Source of the DNA: Sarea resinae
Taxonomy: Eukaryota
Assembly: GCA_026026165.1 (NCBI GenBank)
Contig: JAPEUD010000012.1
Span: 1 to 64,000, forward strand
Length of the DNA stretch: 64,000 bases
Direction of reading: 5' to 3'
Positions within the stretch are counted from its first letter, which is position 1; every line of letters begins with the position of its first letter. Shown one piece after another: positions 47,774 to 60,586 of the stretch. The translations under genes were made by a program, and so were the position numbers. The notes beneath the pieces are model-generated. The model was not told where the DNA came from. It made no database searches and saw only the letters and a list, made by a program, of their open reading frames with translations.

Positions 47774-48408
47774 ATGCCTAGCATGTCGGGGAAGCAAGTC
47801 TGGATCGTGAGCATGGTGGCGAGGCTATCGAAGCTCGCGAGAGAAAAGGGCTTGATCACCAAGGACGAGTGTGATGAACGCGGAATCATCAAGGAGGAAG
47901 ACCGGCCCGAGATCTGGGAATCTTTGGTAAGCTTACTTTAGAAAGGAGATCCGAGGGACCGCTGATGGCGACTAACCATCACGCCCTGAGCAGTCGGAGA
48001 TGTGGGATACCATGGGCGAATACTGGGCTGTCGCGAATGACTGGAAGTTCGTGGTGAAAGACGGCAAGGTCTCTACGGTCACCTGTCTCGATGGGAAATG
48101 TACGTGGCATCTTCTGCGCTGAAACATTTATGACTGACACGTGGTGGCGGCTCAGACGGAGACATGACGGGCCCAGAGAAGAGAATCAGACGGAAGATAT
48201 TCGTGCAGAGTAAGTACAGCAATCTAGTCATCCACGCTACATTGTCCGAGCGTCTACGGGCTCACTTCCATTGTCCAACGTGTTAAGTGAGGATAAAGCG
48301 CTAATTCTCTGTTCAGGGAAGAAGGATGGGAAACCGGCGATAAGGACAGAGACAACAGAAGTAATCGAGCCGTCTGATGAAGTTTCTCCAGAACAGCCCC
48401 TCTCGTAG
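47774..48408 (+). CDS. Orphan 4-exon hypothetical protein (134 aa), not in ORF track
   Basis: Exons 47774-47926, 47994-48099, 48156-48209, 48317-48408. Introns GTAAGC..CTAAC..CAG, GTACGT..CTGAC..CAG and GTAAGT..CTAAT..CAG; all phases close to one stop-free ORF. Confidence 0.72.
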
Positions 48409-48429
48409 GCTTCTCTGCCACTCGGGCTG

Positions 48430-49700
48430 AGGCCGATTTCGGGTAGACGACTGGAACTGTGGACGGAACAGCGGACGCGATCTCAAGCGCGGAGATCCTC
48501 GCGAATCTCGCCACCTGCCTTCGTCTTTTCGCATGTTCTCCTTTGCTTCTACCGTTACCACGTTTTCCATCCCGGCGCTCTCTGATCCGTAGGACCAAGT
48601 CTTCGGCTTCTAGATAGTCTCTCAGATCATAGCTTGATTAAATGACTGCTAAAACAAGCTCAACCAGCTAGCCCTAGCCCTAGCCCCTGCACTAGCATCA
48701 GCACCTGCACTAGCACTGGCAATCCCTAGCGATACCTTGTTTCTACTGTAGGTCATTGACTTGATCCCACGCTGCCCGGTTTTCTTGGGCTTCTCGTCCA
48801 GCCAAGCTTAGCTTTGTGGCCCTTTGTGGCCTGACCCTCTTTGGGGTATTTGAAGACGCTTCCTCCAGCGCCGGGCGTTTCTTCTGCCTTACTGTCCTTG
48901 TACAAGGATTTTGTAATTGCCTTGGCTCTTAAAGAGCCTCCCCTAGAGAGGCAAAAGAAGCAAAGCTAGCTGTTACTAGAGTTGCTCTAATAGCTATGTT
49001 CCACGCTCAAACCCTGCCTGTTATGTGCCTCTAATATCTATCGGCCTCTGTTCTAAAAGCGCTATCTAAGAATTTAAGAGCCTACCTTAATGTCTACAAA
49101 GGAATCAAAGGCCTGCTGGCATTGTAGCTAGTTGCAAACGAATCGCCCCTGGTCTAGCGGCTAGGATCTACTGCCGGGTTGGGGTCGGAGGGGCAGGGCT
49201 AGGCTTAGGATTAGACTGCGAACGTATTTCTTCCCCTAGGATTATCCGCATTTCTAGGAGTCTGGGCGCGCCCCTGTCTTTGTCCTTGCCCTTGCCATTG
49301 ATATTGTCTTTATTATCATTATCGTTATTCAAGATTGTTAGTTGTCTTGTTTGTCTTCTTCCTCTTCTTCCTTGTCCTCTTCTTTATTGTTAATAGTAGT
49401 GTCGTTGTTATCTGCTCTCACAGTCATCTGCTTCAGTCCACTATTAGCAAATAATATCTTTATTTTCAACTCTAAGCACTTATAGAACATGACTTACCAT
49501 TGCTGCTGTAGCTGCTTCTATAACCGCTGCAGCGGCTTCTGCTGCTGTGGCCTTAGTTCCTCTAGTCATAGTCCTTGCCGCTGCCGCTGCAGCCCCTACT
49601 GCTACCGCTGTGCCTAGGTCGTCTCTGGCCGCTGCGGCTGCCGCGATGCCTGCTTGAAGCGCCGCCGCCTCACGCTAGCGCTGCCTTTGTTTACTTCCTA
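48430..49700 (-). pseudogene. RIP-damaged gene relic with Ala-rich N-terminus, acidic tract and a C2H2-like zinc finger
   Basis: ATA GGA AGT (probable former ATG) at ~49700, many in-frame TAG, donor GTAAGT at ~49497. RFVCN*LQCQQAFDSFVDIK/RH at ~49146-49025 fits C-x4-C-x3-F-x5-hydrophobic-x2-H. Confidence 0.6.
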
Positions 49701-49990
49701 TACCTATTATAAGATAGTATCTAGAGGAAATTCTAGGGAGGAAAAGCAGGCGGTTTGTAATTAGCAAGTTAGAACTTAAGAGAAAAGAAGAGAAGAGTAT
49801 AAGAGAAGCTATAATGTTACAGAAGTACTAGTAGGTATTAGAGTCTAAGTTATTATTTTTTTCTTATTACCTTAGCTTAACCCTTAAGTAGCTTAGTATA
49901 ATATAGATATAGAGACACTGTATAGTATTAGAATAGAGTGCTATATTAATCATATAGTAGGCTTATTGTTAATTCTTACCTCAAGTGATA
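49700..49990. other. Internal AT-rich RIP-like island
   Basis: Very TA-rich tract with few CA/TG dinucleotides, like the subtelomere. Confidence 0.75.
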
Positions 49991-50561
49991 GCAGCTACCT
50001 TGAGAATCTAGCTCTTGTGAGCGGACTAAATCAGCTAGGTCAGACAGGATTCCAAGATAATCGTCAGGTTGCAATAGCGAAGACACAGGAGCCAAGAGCG
50101 TCGATTGTCGATTGACGCGAGGATTGAGGTCGCGAAGGTTCAGATGTCTGAGAAATGAATCTCCCTTTTCCGTCACGAGGCCTTAGACTCTTGCGTTTAA
50201 CTGGTGCCGTGTTGATTCCGTACAGACGCACAGGTCAGTCCTATCGGACAGATCGGCGGCGTACGTTTCTGGTCTTCAGTACGATTTAGCTCGAATTTAA
50301 CATGGATATTGAATTGGGTGTATACTAGATCAGTCAGCTTGTGATCCCCTTGGTATCTGTAGCGAGTATCAGCTGCAGAATCCTTTTGTGTGCGAATTCA
50401 TACGGTTGTAAACTATTAGATAGTCTTAGCAGTTAGTCGTCTTCTTAAAACTAGGAGAAGATATCTTCTAACTGTTTTTAAATACCCTGAGCTCTCTTCT
50501 GTCTAGGAAGGAGAACAGTGCTATCGATGGCCTGATCTAGAGAGGCTATACATTATCCACG

Positions 50562-50665
50562 TGTTCCAGACGTTCGAGCCGTTCAAGCTGTTCAAGCCGT
50601 TCAAGACGTTCGGGACCTTTGACCCGTTCAAGTGATTGATCCATTTGACACGTTCGAGCCGTTGG
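50562..50665 (+). repeat. Degenerate 9-bp minisatellite, consensus CGTTCAAGC
   Basis: CGTTCGAGC CGTTCAAGC TGTTCAAGC CGTTCAAGA CGTTCGGGA ... CGTTCAAGT ... CGTTCGAGC. Confidence 0.85.
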
Positions 50666-51183
50666 AGAAGAGGTAGCTAGTCTATATCACCGACGAGTAA
50701 AACAAAGACAGACAGATAGATGGATATATAAAGAGATAGAGGAGAGTAAATTAGTAAGTAGGTAGGTAATTAGGTAAGTTGGTAGGGAGGGAGAGAACCG
50801 GGGAGGGAGAGAACGAGGAGAACAGACTATACCTTACCTACCCCCTGGGTTAGTTACCTGAGAGGAAGAGCGCAGTGAATCGTTGATTCACTGAACAATT
50901 CCATCCCCAATCTATTCCATTCCAATACGTTCAAGTACCTCATAGTCATAAGAGAATTGCCCCAGCAGATCCGCAAGACCTACCTATACTGATAGATCCA
51001 AAAACAATCACAGACAGCTTCAGTTCAGGTGGTAAAGAAGTTGAATTGTATGGTATATCCGCCCAATTTGGTATCGATAGCTAAGACCCTTCAAAAGCCA
51101 AATGACAAAAATGACACCTCACTCCTGCCGGTAACTTCATCCGCAGATCCCATTCATCGCCATCATCATCATCAGCGTCATCA

Positions 51184-52829
51184 TCAAAGGTCATCTTCAC
51201 TCCATTCATCCCCTATGCCAGGCCCGGCCCATCGTCTCGGCCTCAACGACCCCCCAATCCAATTCTTCACCGTACAATCCCCGTTTCCTTGACAGATCTT
51301 CTTCCGCCCCAAGTTCTTGAATCGCGGTCCAAGAGGACCGTTGACGTAGTGATATTGCCCCGCGAAGCGATACTGTCGCTTGTCGGACAGAGGATAAGAT
51401 TTGTCGCCCCAGTGTCCAGCAAAGTAGAACCACTCGGTGGGTGCCGAGGGTGTAACGTTGGACGAGCGGAGAGTATCGGATAGATAGTCGTAGGTATAGG
51501 CATGGGAGTTGAGAAGAGGATCCCATAGCGGGCCTCGGTCGGTGAAGTCGTGGAGAAGACCCCATGGCAAAATGTATTCATGCGTGCCGGGCGTGGCATA
51601 CATGGCATGAGTGCCGATGGCGGAATAGACGACGGGCTATCACAAGTCAGCAGCTACTCCTCAAAAGTTGACGACAGACGTACCCTCTTCCCAATCTTCT
51701 CCACCGCTTCATAACTATACGCTTCACCGAAGAAATGCTCGCTGAAAAAGACCGCCTTTGGTTGGCCATTGTAGAATCGCACGAGAGAATGCTCCCAATC
51801 TCCCACGTGGTTGCCAAAACGGACGTTGAGGACAATGTTTCCAAGGTTGTAGCTGTAAAAATAGAACCAAAATGCGTCCACGACGCCGTCGCCCTTGTCG
51901 ACCACGATGAGAACGGCCGGGGCATCACTCCGTCCTCCACGGACTCTCTTTCCCAACGATCTCTTTGGCGTTTCCGGCGCTTCGTCCATTAATTCTTCGC
52001 CCTCGACCGTGTCGGTGGGAACAGGCGCGCCAGACCCGGTGGGATTTGGACGGAGTCCGCCAAGATTCCGAACGCTCCCCTCACCGACGTCAAACCAGCC
52101 TTCTCGCCCATATTCCACGTCATCCGGAAGCTCGCCGTCAATCCGACCATCCCACTCCGCCCAAGCCGTCTCGTCCTCATCGTCTGCCCATTCTCCCGGG
52201 GTATTCGGTATGTTCTTCTCTCCTCCTAGCCACTCGGGCCGCTCTTCCACATCGTCGTCGCTCTTCAGGAAGACATATCGTCCCCGGTTGTATTCATTCA
52301 ACCTGTCCAGATTGGTCAGGTTCGGGTGGTGTCGTGTCACCGGGGTATAATTCAAATGCGGGGTGACGTGATTGAGGTGCTCTTCGATGTCGCAAGGCCA
52401 AAACTGTTCGCCGGAATTCAAATGCACGAGCGGGGCGTAATCGAGCACAAAGCCCGGTATCTCTCGCAGGACGCGTTCGTCGTCGGTCCAGTCTTCGGGT
52501 CTGGACTTCCCCTCGTGCCAAGCCGATTTCCATATATCGTCCTCGTCTGGGTGTCCCTGTCCCAGCGAATGCTGCTGTTTTCGCCGCTTCTGTCTCGCGA
52601 GACGTAGCTCACTGGAAGCTAATCGGAAGTGGGCAACCCCACAGAGACCGAACCACTCGCACGCCTTGCGATCGAGCCACGAATGCGAAGTGGCAACCCA
52701 GCGGGCCTCGTCATTGGCCTGCTCGCGGCCGGCGTGGCCGGGATTGAATTGAGCGTATAGTTGAGAGAGGGTGATGTAGCTCAGCACGGTCGAGACGATG
52801 GCTACGACCAGCCGACGTGTTTTCGGCAT
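51184..52829 (-). CDS. VPS62: Vps62/TDA6-family protein (intron ~51638-51682)
   Basis: IPGFVLDYAPLVHLNSGEQFWP, VDAFWFYFYSYNLGN, RFGNHVGDWEH, YSAIGTHAMYATPG, DFTDRGPLWDP, YVNGPLGP. First in-frame ATG is 52829, but the frame stays open to 53183. Confidence 0.88.
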
Positions 52830-53347
52830 GAGATCAGACGTTAAGGATGTATTCGCGGTCGAAGGGTCGAGGACAGCGGCGGAGGTGGACAGGAATTCTT
52901 GCTCAGATGGTCCGCGAGGCTCTGCAGCCGGCCGTCCGTCATGTAGAGGATGCTGCTGACTCGGCGAATGGGAGATGACGATGTGATCCGGGACACGGTC
53001 GATGTCCGCGGCGGCGTCTTCGGAATATTCGCTGTCGTCGAGAGTAGGGGCTGTCGTAGTCGAAGGAGGGGTGGCTGAGGAGCGGTGGATGGCAGGATGC
53101 GAGGTCAAGAGAAGTGAGGTCGAAGGAAAGAGCGGAGCAGATATCTGAGCTCCATATTGGTGATGAAAGGGCAGGGCGGCCACTGTCGATCAGAGTCACG
53201 ATTATGGTTAGCAAAGCGCACCGCACCGCATGAACGCACGAAGGCGCGAGAAGTGGTTGGACACGATCGGCCAAAATTAGTAAGGCTCAGGCCCATCGGA
53301 CTTCAAGCGGAAGAGGCATTATGCTGACGGAGCGCTCGGATCATTTT

Positions 53348-53410
53348 GGGAAGGGATGGGAGGGATTGGAGGGATTGGGGGGGGGGGGGGGGGGGGGGGG
53401 GAGGGGTGGG
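53348..53410 (+). repeat. G-rich tract including a G25 homopolymer (53377-53401)
   Basis: GGGAAGGGATGGGAGGGATTGGAGGGATT(G)25AGGGGTGGG. Confidence 0.9.
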
Positions 53411-54996
53411 ATCTAGGCCAGGGGAATCCGACACGAAAGGGCAAGACAACAACAACAACGACGACCGGACATGGTGATCTCAGACGAGGGCATCGAGGGC
53501 ATTGAGGGCGAAAGGCGGGCGGGATTTGCACATGACGGATGAGGTATCTTGCCATTGCAGGGAAGGGGCCCATCACGCCCATCACGACGCCCGGAAGGGA
53601 CGGGATGATGCTCGACTAAGGCAGAAACTAGGAGTAGGTGCAGAACGTACTTGTGTACGGTTGACGGGTATGAAGTGCTACGGAGTAGCTCGCGGCACTA
53701 CTGTGACTAATCGGACAACGAATGGTCAGCGGTGGGACCGGTGGAGGCGGTGGATGCGAATGGATGCGAATGGATGCGGTCTGAGACGATCCCATCGACA
53801 ATAATGAATCGAGGGAAAGCGGTCACGGATGGGGCAAGGAGGCTGCCACTCGCCAAAGCTTGGCAGTGTACAGTAAGTATGTAGAGAGTATTCGTCCTGG
53901 GCGCCCAAGACGAAGAGATGGATTGGATAGGTACCTTACTAATGGAGTACGCCGTACGAGGACTCGTACTCCAATCGTGCCGGGACAGAGCCGGTTTCAG
54001 CGATTCAGGACCTCCTAAACACGTCGAATGGCGGTGACGTTGACGTGAGGGGATCGAGAGCTCCAGCGGTCTCTGTCTCACTCGGTAGCCGCGACGGTAC
54101 CGGAGTCACGACCGACGGAAGCCCATCGTACCGAGGACTTGATCGCCCGACGCGCTGGCTGGGCCGCACCAGGTAGCAGTACGAGTGCCTACAACGTAGT
54201 CGCATTTACTCACCTTGGTCGCTGACTAACTCCGAGACTCTGTCCTGATCACCTAATCCACGAGGCATCTACGGAAGGTCGTGACGTTGACCAAGACTGA
54301 CTCCCACTCCCGACTAGAGTAGGCTCCCGATCGACTAGGACCTGCCTCGATCTCTCGGCTGGCTCTCAAGTGCGTCCATTCTCGGTGAGGGCGAAAAGAG
54401 ATTGAATGGCTTCGGCGTCCAGAATACTTCTCACCATGACACCGGTGATGCTTCGGCGATAAGGCAAATGGCGCGCGAGGCCGGCAGCAAGGCTGACAAG
54501 CCCGACGCCGAACTGCACGTCCCTTCGGTACAGTACTACTCCGGAGTCGTAACCGCGAGAACGACATCGAGGATTGATGGATCCATTGACCCTAAACCCG
54601 AGTCTTGTCGACGGAGTACCATAGCAATCCATTCTCGGCATCCATCATGATCATCATGGTAATGTACTCCGAGTAAGCTAAGCAGCCAGCGTCCATCCGC
54701 CGTCACGTAGCGGGGTCGAAGCTGGAGGCGTCGAGTCGAATGTTCAAGCTGGAGGTCACGGCCACGGTCACGACCAGGGCCGATCACGTGGAGTACTTCG
54801 TCCTCGTACCATGTACCGTCACGATGCACCTCGTACCTTAGCTCCCGGCATCATTGACAGGCCATGAACGCCCACTCCAGCTCCACCGTGGTGGTTGGTA
54901 TCTGCTCCAGATACTACGAAGTAGCCATGCGCCTGCGAAGACAAAGTACCCGGCTTGATTAGCTTCGCTGGCCACACACACACCCCGGTCCCCATC

Positions 54997-56532
54997 ATGG
55001 CGTCCCAGCCCTCCTCCATCCCTCTTGAAGACGCTGGCCTCCCCAACGCTCCCCCAGCCAGCCCGCCAGCAACCGTTGGGCAGAAGAGACGGGCAGAGGC
55101 TGACGATGAGTCCGACTGGGAATATGAATACGACGAGAACGAGACAGAGGTGCGCGCGACCCATCTGACCACTTTCCGCATGTTCGAGCGGAGCTGAGCT
55201 GAGCTGACCACTGCACCGCCGCAGACTCACTATGTGACCCTCGACCTGTCCGCCTTCACTGCCCCAGCAAAGTCCAAGAAACCCGCTGGGAATGCCCCAA
55301 GGCACGATGAGCCGGAATCGAAACCGTCCCAATCTCAAGATGGACGGAGAGAAGACGGCGACGACAACAACGACCGCGAACCTCGGGAGGCTACCAGCTC
55401 TCGAATGCCGCAAGACGACGTCGAAGCCCCGAATGTTCGTGATCGAATACAAGTCCTAGGTCTACACACGCCCCATCCCATCATATCCTACCAGAACCGC
55501 ATCTATCAAGGCGACTGGACATCGACGATTGGAACGGATCTCCTCTTCAGCAAACCTTCGTCCGCTTCCAAAGATGCGTTGCGTTCCGGACCGGGATACG
55601 ATCTTGTCGCAGCCTCTTGCGCGAAGATCGTAGGCAGGCAGGTACACCTGGTCGCAAAAGAGGATTTCCGAGATCGCAGACCGACTCAGCTTGAGTATGC
55701 CCAGGCGCAGGAGACGGGGGTGGCTGAGCCGGCCAGACCGAGCGCCGTTGAGATTCCAGTGCCGCCAGGTGCAAGCCAGGGAAGACGGAACCAGGCGAGG
55801 TTTCTCGAACGACTGATGAAGGCCAAGCAAGCCCGAGGCGAGACGGACAGCGTGACCATCTTCAGCAAGAGAAGAAACACGGGTATGGGGTGGAGATCTC
55901 AAGCAAGCGAACGCATGAACGCCAATGCGGAAGAGACCGAAGGATCGAGGGAGGGTACGCCAAGTCAAAGATCTCAAGAGTTGGAGATACAGCAATACAC
56001 TCCCTCCTTCTTTGCGGGGGAAGACGCACAACCACAAGCAGAAGCACAGACGCCAGCTTCGGAGACGGAACCAAGACCCAAAGGCAAGTCCGGGCGACGG
56101 CCAGGCAAACAGCAGAAGAACAGGGCCATCGGAGGATTATTCAGGGACTACCGACCGACCGAGGGCGATGAGCCCGGTGCGGATATTCGCTACCATGGCA
56201 AGCTCGCGCACGAGGTGGTGGCGAGTTCGTCTCTAGGCGCCGCGAGCCCGGACGATGATATCCAGACGCCACAGGCCTGGGACGAGCCAGTGCGCCCGAC
56301 GCCCATTGATCATGCAGGCCATGGCAAGGTCCACACTCCGCGAGTCTTGGAAGGAGAGAGCGCAATACACAGTAGGCGTGAGGACCAGACGGAAGGCGGC
56401 GGCGATGGCGATGGTGGTGCTAATGATAATGACTATAATATCAACGACAATGTCCCCGATCCTGGCAATAACAACAGGACAGGCGAAGGAGACATTGGCA
56501 ATAGCGAAATCCCTATCTCAGACCCGACATAA
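54997..56532 (+). CDS. TFIIIC triple-barrel (TFIIIC subunit 6) domain protein (intron 55150-55224)
   Basis: DWEYEYDENETE/THYVTLDLS and IQVLGLHTPHPIISYQNRIYQGDWTSTIGTDLLF; QARFLERLMKAKQARGETDSV. Confidence 0.82.
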
Positions 56533-57635
56533 TCATAATCATCCGCATAGAACCCCAGTCCTTCTCGTTCACCATCTCTCTTATAGCCGAAACTCATCTA
56601 TATCAGGTCAATCTTATATCATCTCCAATAGCTTCGCTGCGCTCTTACCCCCTCTCCGTTTCCCTAGGAACCTTATTTATTTCAAGAAGTGCGATCGCAC
56701 TGCCATCTTCCATCGTGAGTGATCTTGTTCGCTCTATTCTGAATAGCGAGCGGGATTGGCTTTTGGGGTCTATGATGCGGCTCGTAGGCCGTGAGTGAAT
56801 AGTCAGGGAAAGGGAAAAGGGGAAGAGAAGAGAGACAGCGAGAGAGAGAACTCGAAGCAACTACGGTTCTGTTTCTATTCTTCTTCCTATTTGTTTAAGT
56901 AGAAGTAGGAAAAGATGGAATTAGAAAGACAGCCAGACAGACAGACAAACACATGAGGAATAATTACTTCGCACATAAACACTAATTCGATCGAATCAGT
57001 AATACTTTGAGCCTAGTCAAGATAATTGGCAATGTAGCCCTGCTTCAAGTGGAGACCTAAACCCAAGTCTGCACTTTGAAAGGGACGTGTGCTGAATTTC
57101 TTGTTGAATTTCTTCTGTACCAGTGGGAAAGGGAAAGCAAAGGATCCTGCTCTCTATGCATCTGTATAAGCTTTACAGAACGCACATCCTGATCTGATGG
57201 ACAAAGTCCACTTGTGTTGATGAGGCTATGAACGTCGCCGAGTTGCTCTTTTGCTCTTCACGGATCAATCAGAACGGACTTATTCGGGATGACATTGGGC
57301 TTTGCATGACGGACGATGGGGTACCCCAGGGCGGTCCGTTGTGCGCGGCACTCGCTTCCGAGTCCCGATCAGATATCCGGGGTATTTCCATATCAGCCGA
57401 TCTAGATCAGGAGAGCTCGACAGCATCAACATATTCTTGCGGGTTGACTAATCTGTCTGAGTCTTCCTTTCCTTGATCACGGTCATTTCATGTAGTTCAT
57501 CGTCGGGATTTTTGCATCGCATCGGCAAGCAAACTTTGAGCGTCCATCTATCTCTATTGCGAACATTGTATCCATACCACTCTCGAATCCCCCCTCTGGA
57601 ACAACTTGCGCGTCTCCCTTCACCTCGCCATCAGA

Positions 57636-58109
57636 ATGTCCAGAACCTTCTCCCGCTCCGAGGTCAAGGCGCATGGCACCGAAGACAAGGGCCTTTATAT
57701 CATCATCGATTCGGACGTCTACGAGATGTCAGGTATGTCGCCTGCGCTGATTCAGACTTTCTCGTGCCCGCCCGGCAGCCCGTCCTCAATGCTTCGACGG
57801 CTTTGACGGGATGGCGAGAAATAAGGGCTAATGTCTATCGTAATCCTAGGATTCATCAACGAGCATCCCGGTGGCCAGACCATCCTAAGAAAGTTTGGAG
57901 GAAAGGACGCTACGAAGGCTTTCTGGAGGGTATGACGCCCCTCTCGATTTCAAAACATTATGATCTCTTCTCGTAGCCTTTGTGGCGGATGCATATAGGC
58001 TGAACGCTGACGGTCGGGAATTGATTTCTAGTTTCACAATGAAAACGTCTTGAAGAAATACGGCGACCGATTGCGCGTGGGCACATTGAAGGAAGCGGCC
58101 CGATTATAA
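57636..58109 (+). CDS. Small soluble cytochrome b5-like heme protein (3 exons, 84 aa), C-terminal ARL
   Basis: Exons 57636-57732, 57850-57929, 58032-58109 give LYIIIDSDVYEMSGFINEHPGGQTILRKFGGKDATKAFWRFHNENVLKKYGDRLRVGTLKEAARL*, with HPGG and the second heme His. Confidence 0.92.
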
Positions 58110-58912
58110 TCATTCGGTGGCTTGGGTTGAGGAAGAGGCCGTTAGTCTTTGGTCCGTCTGCGAATTGGAAGGAGGCGGCGAGAATGCGTCGATTTTCTAT
58201 ACGGATTTGCTGCATTTGGTTGCGCGAGGTTGCATCGGGTAGTTGGATAATGTGCGAGCGGTCTTAAGGAGGGCAATGGCTTTGCTGCAGCAGAGTCTTT
58301 TCGAGGCTCCGAGATGAATGAGAGTGGATGGTCATCTTCGAATATTCCGACGAGTGGTACGCAGCTTCTGGGACGAGGAGCCCGGGAAGAGCATATAACC
58401 AGGCCGTCACATAGCGCTGTCTTTTATCCTTGGGTGTGGCTGCTGCAAGCTGGAGAGATTACAGAGCAATACCAGTCATTGAAGCCAATCTCTCGCGGTG
58501 GTGAGCAATCATCGCAATGATGGATGAAGATGTCGCAGTGACAGCTGCCCATGGAGGGCGGCTACCAAGTATCTGCTCTTATCAACACGTAGCCACGTTG
58601 TGGCTGAGGAAGAAAAGGGACTTGAGTGACATGCACAAGTACACCAAGATTGGCTCTGTTCGAGGTGGAATCAAGCATCAAGCCACCTTGCACTTTACGT
58701 AGCGCAACATACAATAATCCTCAACCTCTGCTTGACATGCTCATCGCGACGCCATAAAACTCTTTGAGCTCGGGACCTGCCTACTCTTCGCCAGCTGGAG
58801 CCGCCAAGAAGGCCTGGTCAAGTTGGGGAAAGCCGCTCGTCACTGAGGCGTTTGCACGCTTCTATCGTTTCGGCCACCCCTGCTCGCGGGCGGCTGCCGC
58901 CGTATTCATTTC

Positions 58913-60325
58913 ATGATGCTTTTCCTCCCGACCATTTTGCTACTATGCATCCTGCCGTTGGCGTTATGTGCAGAGGACTACTATAAAGTGCGTGCCTATC
59001 TCAAGACTTTCCGCGATTGGAGGGAGAGCAATCCCCTGGGAGCTTTGCTGATCAGACTCTCAGTTGCTGGGAATAGACAAGTCGGCGTCGGAGCGGGATA
59101 TCAAGAAAGCATATAGAACGTTGAGCAAGAAATACCATCCAGACAAAAACCCGTACGCCTTCCGCTCTTTTCTCTCCTGCTCCTGGGCCACTAGGATCAT
59201 AATAACTAATCTCTCCTCTCCAGCGGCGACGAAAGCGCCCATCAACGCTTCGTCGAGATCGCCGAAGCTTACGATGCCCTCTCGGACGAGGAGACGCGCA
59301 AAATATACGACCAGTACGGCCACGATGGCGTCACGCAGCACAAGCAAGGCGGCGGCCCCGGCGGCCAACACCACGACCCCTTCGACCTCTTCTCGCGCTT
59401 CTTTGGCGGCGGCGGCCACTTCGGCCATGGATCGCCAGGCCAGCGCCGCGGTCCGGACATGGAACTCCGCGCCGCCATCCCGCTGCGCGATTTCTACACG
59501 GGGGCGACGCATGATCTCGGGTACGAGAAGCAGATGATCTGCGAGAAGTGCGAGGGCAGCGGGTCGGCGGACGGCAAAGTCGACACGTGTCAGCAGTGTG
59601 GGGGCCACGGGCGAGTCTTGCAGAAACACATGCTTGCGCCGGGCATCTTCCAGCAGGTCCAGACGAGCTGCGATGCGTGCGGCGGCAAGGGCAAGACGAT
59701 CCGACACAAGTGCTCCGTGTGCGGCGGCGAGCGCATCGTGAGGAGGCCGAACACGGTGACGGTGGACATCGAGCCGGGGATGCCCAAGGGCCAGCGCCTG
59801 ACGTTTGAGAACGAGGCCGACGACCATCCCGACCACGTCGCCGGCGACCTCCACGTCGTCATCCTCGAGGACGAGCCCCGGCTCGGCGACTCGGACGACA
59901 CGCGCACCGACGGCACGTTTTTCCGGCGCAAGGGCGACGACCTCTTCTGGCGCGAGGTTCTCAGCCTCCGCGAAGCCTGGCTCGGCGACTGGACGCGCAA
60001 CCTGACCCACCTGGACGGCCACACCGTGCAGCTGTCCCGAAAGCGCGGCGAGGTCGTGCAGCCGAACGCGGTCGAGGTCATCAAGGACGAGGGCATGCCG
60101 CTGTGGCGAGAAGACCGGTCCCACCACGACCAGGACCACGCCGAGACGCATGGCCGGCTGGTGGTCGAGTACGTGGTCGTGCTCCCGGACAAGATGGACA
60201 AGGGCATCGTGAAGGAGTTCGAGGCCGTGTGGGCCAAGTTACGCAAGAAGTCCGGCGTGGACCTAGGGAAGGATTCCGGCCGGCCGAATGGGGGGGCTCG
60301 GGGAAAGGGCCGCGATGAGCTTTGA
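58913..60325 (+). CDS. SCJ1: ER-lumenal type I DnaJ co-chaperone
   Basis: Signal peptide + AEDYYK, J-domain HPD, four CxxCxGxG-type repeats, C-terminal RDEL retention signal; two introns. Confidence 0.93.
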
Positions 60326-60586
60326 TTGCTGTGCCCTTCTATTTTCCCTTCTTGTTTTCTTAACCTTTCTCGGCTCCCCCTATTTCGATTTCGGGGGCCT
60401 GGCGGCAAAGAGCCGGTATGCATGGCGTGGGCTATCTCCGTGCTCTGTTTTATTCTCACTAGACGGGTACGGGTATCTGTAGAGCGCAGGTGAGCGCGAG
60501 GAGGAGGAGGAGGAGCAAACATCTGGTGCCCTGGTGCCCTGGTGCCTATTATATTTCCACTAGACTGGTACAGGCATCTATTGGTA

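Noticed and set aside
23900..50700. Starship or other giant mobile element carrying the accessory zone
   Set aside because: The cargo type is compatible, but I found no tyrosine-recombinase captain, transposase, terminal repeats or target-site duplication.
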